Shown here piece by piece: positions 58,801 to 64,000 of a stretch of 64,000 bases of DNA. A model generated the notes under the pieces. That model worked only from the letters and a program-made list of their open reading frames with translations. It had not been told where the DNA came from and did not search any database. Source of the stretch: Ferruginibacter sp. GTDB lineage: Bacteria; Bacteroidota; Bacteroidia; Chitinophagales; Chitinophagaceae. Location of the stretch: assembly GCA_025352525.1 (NCBI GenBank), contig JANXTG010000004.1, positions 7,471-71,470 of the forward strand. Direction: 5' to 3'. The translations under genes were made by a program, and so were the position numbers. Every line of letters starts with the position of its first letter. The first letter of the stretch is position 1.

Positions 58801-61800
58801 ATGTTCATCTTCCATTTCACCAAACAGCTGCCAGTAACTTTCTCCCCAGTAAACATTATTTGCGGAAATATCCCAATCCCAAATCGCATCAAAAGTTGCT
58901 TTTGTTACATTTAAATATCGTTGGTTGCTTTCAAGAAGTGCGGCTTGTCTTTGATGACTTTCAAGGAGAGTCTGTAAGATATTACCGGCTCTGTTTATGG
59001 TATTCTCTTCTTGCGCAGAAGGCGTTTTTATTTTTCGGTAGTAAATAGCAAATGTAGCTACTACATTATTTTTTGCATCGAAAATTGGATTAGACCAGCA
59101 TGCTCTTAAACCTGCTTTTGCTGCAAGCTCTTTGTATTTTGCCCACCTAAAATCTGTAGCAATATCTGTTACAATAATTTTTTCTTTTAAGAATGCCGCC
59201 GTACCACACGATCCTACATTGTTCCCTATTTCTACCCCATAAATTGCGGCCAAGTAATCTTCAGGTAAATTGGGCGATGCTAAATTGTAGAGACGATTAT
59301 TTTGTAATTTTTGCATGGAGCATATCATTCCCGGATGCAATTTTTGAATACCTAAAATATATTTTTCAATTACTTCTTCAAAAGTTTTTTCACCCCTTGC
59401 ATTTCTCTCTAGCACTTCTCTCTCCAGTGTTTCTATGTCGTGATAGTATTTTCTTTCGGTAATATCCCTTAATGCACCTATTACACGCTGTGCTTCTCCT
59501 GCTTCATTTCTTAAAATGTAGGCTCTGTCTTCAACATAAGACTGTTCACCATTTGGTTTGATTAAACGGTATTCTTGGTTCCAATAATTCTTATCACTTT
59601 TTAGAGTAGATTCTAGGCTATCGTTTGTCTTTTGCCTATCCTCTGCATGTATAAAATTTCCCCAAACCGTTTCGGGTTTATTTAATTCATTTAGGTTAAA
59701 TCCAAAACTTCTTTCAAAACCTTCAGCCCTGTAAATTAAATTGTTTAAAATATCCCATTCCCAAATGGCATCGTATGTGGCTTTTGTAACATGCTCATAG
59801 CGTTCGTTAGAATGTTTAATTTTTTCTTCTGCTTTTTTTCTTTCTGTAATATCCTGTGTTGTACCCGATAAAAAAGTTACTTCACCACTTAAACTTTTTT
59901 CAACCCTGGCTTTTTCGTGTATCCATTTAAGGGTTCCATCAGCCAATATTATTCTATGCTCTATGTCTAAATCTTTTTCCTGTAGAATTGCCACACTTTG
60001 CATTTCTAACAAATTACTTTTATCATCGGGGTGAATGGTAGAAATAAAGAAATTTAAATCCGGCATAAAATCTTCCTGCAAATCCCAAATTTTATATACT
60101 TGTTTTGACCAGAATAAGGCTTCTGTTTTTAGGTCCAATTGCCAATAACCGAGTTTTGCAACTTCCTGTGCATTTTCTAATTTAGCTTCTTTATCTTTTA
60201 AAATTTGTAGAGCAGCTTCTTTTTCCGTAACGTCATGGCTTACAATTAACATACAGTTTTCTTGCTGGTAAAAAATTTTATGCCCGGATATTTCAACCTT
60301 TATCTGTACTCCATTTTTCTTAATATGTGTGATTAATCCCAAATTAAAAACATCATCTTTTATTGCATCTGTAATAATTTCATTAAATGTTTTAATATCA
60401 TTTACAGGACAAAACTGTTGAATATTTATTTGAAGAAATTCATCTCGTGTGTAACCATAATGTTCAACTGCTTTTTCGTTAACTTCAACAATATTCAGCT
60501 TTTTAATATCATAAATCCATTTAGGTAAAGGGCTGTTGTAAAATAAAAGGCGATATTTTTCTTCTGATTGTTTTAATTTTTCTGCAGCTTTTATATTGTC
60601 AGTTATATCTCTTGCATTACAGGCTACACCTGTAATTTCAGTACCATTGCATATAGGATTAAAGTTTACTTCTATCCATCTTTCCCCTCTGTTATACATG
60701 GCCTCATTATAAATTTCTGCTTTAAAAGGTTTTCCTTTTAAGCCTCTTAAATAATAATCTTTCCAGAGATCTGTAAATGCCTGTGGAAAATATTCTTCCA
60801 ACAAAACATCGTCTCCCGGTTTTACTACAATACCGGTGAGGTTTTCCATATTTTTAATGTAGGACTTGTTAACTGCTATTAATTTAAGACCATTGCTTAC
60901 GCTCCATATTAAATCTTGAGTATTATTTATTAATGCTTCTTTATCTCTTTTTTCAAATTCTCTTAAATCTTCTATTCTCAATTTCTCCGTTACATCTATC
61001 AACATTACGAGCGATACTCTTTTACTATTGTAATTGATTAAATGCCCCGTTATATCCATATACATTATTTCCCCACTCTTCTTTTTGTGCCTCCAATTTT
61101 TTTTATGAATTGTGCCATAAGATTCTTCATTGCTTACAGCATTTTCAATTTTAGTGATATCCTCAACAGGACGAATATCTTTAATGGTTAATTGTAGAAA
61201 TTCATCTTTTGTGTAACCGTATTTTAAAAGTGTTTCTTCATTACAGTCTATTATTTGAAGCGTTTCAAAATCAAAAATAAACATGGGTGCAGGGCTGTTT
61301 TCAAAAAGATTTCTATAGTTTTCTTTGGTAATTAGTAAAGTTTCTTCAGTATCTTTTCTTTCGGTTATATCTCTTGAATTTGCAACTATGCCTTGTATAG
61401 ATGGTTCATCTAATAAATTAGTGAATGAAGTTTCTATCCATCGCCAAAGACCATTTTTATGTTTAAATCTATGAGGAAGTAAGTTTATTTTTTTGTTGCT
61501 TTGCACCGGTGAGAAATAGCATTTTACCATTTCCGTATCTTCAGGATGTATAAAATCAAAGATATTTTTCAAATTTAATTCTTCAGGCTTATAGCCAAGT
61601 ATTGAAAAAGAAGTCGGGCTTATATAAGTGTAATTTGCGTTAGCATCTATGATGGCAATAAAGTCACCACCATCCTGCACTAAACTTTTAAAACGCTTTT
61701 CACTAAGTTTTAATTTATTTTCTGTTTCTACTTTTGCAGTTACGTCTCTTGCAACAGCACATCGCACTCCGGTTTTTTTGTCCCTTTTAGATGTCCATTC

Positions 61801-63639
61801 CAGGTAAACCAACGATCCATCTTTACGCACACATCGGTTGTAAAAATTGGTAATAATTTTTCCTGCTATCACTTTTTCTACTGCATTTTTAGATCTTTCC
61901 ACATCTCCATGGTAAATAAAATCAAACGAATTTCTACCAACTAATTCTACCGGCATGTAACCTAAAATATTTTTGGAGGCTGCACTAATTCTTTCAAAAA
62001 TATTTTCGTCTGATATGGTACATATCATATCAAGCGAACTTTCCATTACATTATCCAGCTCAGCATTTGTTGCTTCAATAGCCATCTGCTTTTCTGTTAG
62101 TTCTGTTATATTTTTTTGGTAACAGGCTACTCCTACAATTTTATTTTCGTTGTTAAATATTGGGTTAAAAGAAATTAATCCATAAACAGTAAATTTTGCA
62201 AGTGGATTATAGAATTGCTCCTTCACATTATATCTTTCACCCGCTAATGCTCTGGTGTAATAATTTGTCCATTTTATAATTAATTCTTCGTCAAATTCTT
62301 TTATTAAAATATTATCCCCTTCCTGCAAATTTTTATTTGTTACCATTTTTATCATGGCTTTAAAAGCATTATTTGCGGCAAGTAATTTAAAATCATTACT
62401 TACACTCCATATTAAATCTTCTGTACTATTAATTAGTGCCTCTTTATTTTGTCTTTGTAATTGAGACTGAATTTCAGCATTTTTGCGGTCCGTAATTATG
62501 CGGAAATATGCAAGTATATGTTCTGTTCCGGCAATGGTAGCCTTTTGTAGACTTATTTCTACCCAATTTAAAATGCTGTTACTTTGCCTAATTACTCCCT
62601 CAAATAACTGCGGAATCCCTTTACCTGCCTCATTTAATTTATAAGCCAAATTTTCCGAAGTTAAACCTAAATAGCTTTCTGCAAAAACCGATAAAGCTAA
62701 ATTCAAAATATTTTCCTTAATAATTCCAAATATTTCACAGGCTTTCTGATTAGCATCTACAAGCGTTCCAGTTTCCAATTCATGTATACAAATACCATCA
62801 ATGGCTTTTTCAAAAAGTTCTCTATAATTAAGTTCTGCCTGCTCTAATTTTTCTTGCTTTTTTTCAATTTCGATAATTGAATTAGTTTCTTCAGTTGTCT
62901 CTCTTATGGTTATGAAAATGCCTATTATTTCATTCGCAGTATTTTTTGAAGGAGCATATTTTATTTTAAAATAATGAGATGTCCCTTCCTCATCTTTTGC
63001 ATGCAGTTCTTTATATACAATTTCGCCCTTCAGTACATTTTTGTAAAGTTGCTTAACATCAGCAAGTCTTTTAGGTTTTACAAAATTTAAAATAGCAAGA
63101 CCTTTATTAACCGTAAAATGAAAATATTTTTTATATAATTGTTTAAACTGGTTATTGAAACTTAAAATAATCAGTTCCTTATTTAAAAGAATAAAACACT
63201 CTTCCGTATTATTTAACATCAACAACATTTCCTGCTCTACAATTTTTCTGTCGGTAATGTCCTGCATTATCATACAGGTTAATTCTTCACCGCTATGGTC
63301 TTTAAAAATTGAAGAAGTAAATTCTATAGGAAACTTCTCGCTGTTTTTTTTAATACCTGTAAGTTCCCCTTTTGTTATACCGGTTTCACTTCTTTGCCTT
63401 AGTAAGATGGTAAGGTTTAAATCTGTATAGTCAAGAATGCCTTTTCTACCGATTCTTAAAAAATCAGTTTTGCTGTAACCAAACATTTTTTCAGCTGCAT
63501 TGTTTACTTCAATTATTTCTCCTGTCGGTTTACTTAAAAAAATAGCCGAGCTGGAATTATCAATAAGTGATTTATAAATCGCAGTAACAGAATTACTTCC
63601 TTTATTTGAAGCTGATGTTGATTTTTTTTTGCTTTCCAT
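55846..63639 (-). CDS. Giant soluble multi-sensor histidine kinase: about 16 PAS/PAC, 2 GAF, HisKA and HATPase
   Basis: Repeated DITERK PAC ends and PAS starts, GAF motifs (VGSCGTAAF; GEGIVGAAW), ELEQFAYVASHDLQEPLR H-box, DNGIGIS, GTGLGLAV; no TM segment seen. Confidence 0.93.
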   Translation of the reverse strand: MESKKKSTSASNKGSNSVTAIYKSLIDNSSSAIFLSKPTGEIIEVNNAAEKMFGYSKTDFLRIGRKGILDYTDLNLTILLRQRSETGITKGELTGIKKNSEKFPIEFTSSIFKDHSGEELTCMIMQDITDRKIVEQEMLLMLNNTEECFILLNKELIILSFNNQFKQLYKKYFHFTVNKGLAILNFVKPKRLADVKQLYKNVLKGEIVYKELHAKDEEGTSHYFKIKYAPSKNTANEIIGIFITIRETTEETNSIIEIEKKQEKLEQAELNYRELFEKAIDGICIHELETGTLVDANQKACEIFGIIKENILNLALSVFAESYLGLTSENLAYKLNEAGKGIPQLFEGVIRQSNSILNWVEISLQKATIAGTEHILAYFRIITDRKNAEIQSQLQRQNKEALINSTEDLIWSVSNDFKLLAANNAFKAMIKMVTNKNLQEGDNILIKEFDEELIIKWTNYYTRALAGERYNVKEQFYNPLAKFTVYGLISFNPIFNNENKIVGVACYQKNITELTEKQMAIEATNAELDNVMESSLDMICTISDENIFERISAASKNILGYMPVELVGRNSFDFIYHGDVERSKNAVEKVIAGKIITNFYNRCVRKDGSLVYLEWTSKRDKKTGVRCAVARDVTAKVETENKLKLSEKRFKSLVQDGGDFIAIIDANANYTYISPTSFSILGYKPEELNLKNIFDFIHPEDTEMVKCYFSPVQSNKKINLLPHRFKHKNGLWRWIETSFTNLLDEPSIQGIVANSRDITERKDTEETLLITKENYRNLFENSPAPMFIFDFETLQIIDCNEETLLKYGYTKDEFLQLTIKDIRPVEDITKIENAVSNEESYGTIHKKNWRHKKKSGEIMYMDITGHLINYNSKRVSLVMLIDVTEKLRIEDLREFEKRDKEALINNTQDLIWSVSNGLKLIAVNKSYIKNMENLTGIVVKPGDDVLLEEYFPQAFTDLWKDYYLRGLKGKPFKAEIYNEAMYNRGERWIEVNFNPICNGTEITGVACNARDITDNIKAAEKLKQSEEKYRLLFYNSPLPKWIYDIKKLNIVEVNEKAVEHYGYTRDEFLQINIQQFCPVNDIKTFNEIITDAIKDDVFNLGLITHIKKNGVQIKVEISGHKIFYQQENCMLIVSHDVTEKEAALQILKDKEAKLENAQEVAKLGYWQLDLKTEALFWSKQVYKIWDLQEDFMPDLNFFISTIHPDDKSNLLEMQSVAILQEKDLDIEHRIILADGTLKWIHEKARVEKSLSGEVTFLSGTTQDITERKKAEEKIKHSNERYEHVTKATYDAIWEWDILNNLIYRAEGFERSFGFNLNELNKPETVWGNFIHAEDRQKTNDSLESTLKSDKNYWNQEYRLIKPNGEQSYVEDRAYILRNEAGEAQRVIGALRDITERKYYHDIETLEREVLERNARGEKTFEEVIEKYILGIQKLHPGMICSMQKLQNNRLYNLASPNLPEDYLAAIYGVEIGNNVGSCGTAAFLKEKIIVTDIATDFRWAKYKELAAKAGLRACWSNPIFDAKNNVVATFAIYYRKIKTPSAQEENTINRAGNILQTLLESHQRQAALLESNQRYLNVTKATFDAIWDWDISANNVYWGESYWQLFGEMEDEHLTDVEKVRARLHPEEKENILASAGAALEGKNLNWALEHRYLKNDFTYAYVLNKALIVRDANGNAVRVFGAMQDITQQKKEEQRLKLMSSVITSTNDAVLITEAELFNENGPRIIFANEAFTKMTGYTEAEIIGKTLRVLQGPKTDITELERLKKCLKKWQVCEVTLVNYKKNGDEFWNNFTVNPVADEKGGYTHFIYVEKDVTERKNEDLLKELLRKIRIIFNEPIGIKTTLEMVLKEVATFADFNVVESWLLSTDKKQIKRATYYVADSKIRNILSQSSKVNVQYKGEGIVGAAWESLSLQTWDAGMNMKNVLDEDALIVAGVNKLYALPFLNNAEIIGVLVFGLNSPETSTLKFENLFSSLKIYLGAEIKRKQLEQELNQIFNFAPDIIAILGTDGYFKKINPAACDLLEYCLDELMSVPFLTFVHPEDENKTTKEFKDLFANKAALYFENRCITKSGKVKWFAWTSILSKEDEVLFTVGKNITEKKDLEVVLNKTNNLARIGSWELDVQKSTLYWSEMTMQIHETPKDFQPTLHKARQSYKKGKNREIMSLRIAAAIESGIGWDEELVIITETGKEKWIRSIGKAEFNNGICLKVYGSLQDINERKRAQENIRSSEERRELIMKAALDGIICIDKNGIVTFWNPQAESIFGWKESEVMGRLLSSVIIPDQYKDRHEKGMENYFKTGKGHALNKLLQLSAIKKSGEEFPIELTVLPIEQDGDEFFCAFIRDITERKLSETRLLNLNQSLQTQTYQLAAINKELEQFAYVASHDLQEPLRMITSFLSQIELKYENVLDEKGKKYIYFAVDGAKRMRQIILDLLEYSTTGRINDLKENIDLNTIVDEIKLLYKSKIEEQEATIIFNELPLILSYKSPVRQVFQNIIGNSLKYCKKNRPCLIKIFAVDMVTHWQFSIQDNGIGISKEYFDKIFVIFQRLHTKEIYSGTGLGLAVTKKIIENLNGKIWLESVENEGTIFYFTIPKI

Positions 63640-64000
63640 TTTGACAAAATACTTCCAGAAATAAGCTGTTCTTTTAAAAAGAATTTCAATTTATTGCTTA
63701 CTTAAAAATGAAGATTTATTGTAAATTAATTATAACAATTTAAAAAACCATATCCATTTTTGCTATTGTAGAAGTACTTCTATAAGACATTTAAACAACA
63801 AAAAGCTATCTGTGTAAGGAAAAAGTGTTTTGTTTACTTGAGTGTTATTGTTGTAATAATTATTGTAAATATTTGGTAATTAAAATTAGGGATAAAGTGT
63901 AAAACAATGAAAACGTTTTTATCATTTTTGATTTAGGGTTTAATTACAAATCTGAAGATTGAAAAAAGGTTAAACTATCAAGTGTTTTAAACTAACCCAT

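Noticed and set aside
53745-63639. Bacteriophytochrome photoreceptors
   Set aside because: The kinase cores are Cph1-like, but no PAS-GAF-PHY module or bilin-binding DIP motif is visible.

Overview
AT-rich Bacteroidota chromosome segment. The phylum call rests on TAnnTTTG -7 promoter boxes, A-rich leaders without obvious Shine-Dalgarno motifs, and the gene set; Chitinophagaceae-like is an inference. Bases 1-47.2 kb are mostly core genes (dapA, rnz, clpC, cmk, ispH, htrA, ddl, era, der, xerD, rnhA, proS, dnaA, glyA, a second uvrA, an ECF sigma), plus an initiator tRNA-Met, a TPP riboswitch ahead of a TonB-dependent receptor, a polysaccharide export pair and a nitronate-monooxygenase pseudogene. 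Bases 48.8-51.5 kb hold a PAP2/App1/diacylglycerol-kinase cluster. Bases 51.5-63.6 kb are a signalling island ending in a 2597-aa soluble histidine kinase with about 16 PAS and 2 GAF domains. Items absent from the ORF track: a 37-aa lipoprotein gene upstream of ytxJ, the 3' end of an L,D-transpeptidase gene, two covarying copies of a Flavo-1-like structured RNA, heptamer-period intergenic arrays, and DnaA-box-like sites between dnaA and a DUF3127 gene. I see no prophage, IS, CRISPR array or recognisable defence system and cannot claim a clearly new system. Family assignments are by eye and from memory, with no searches run.
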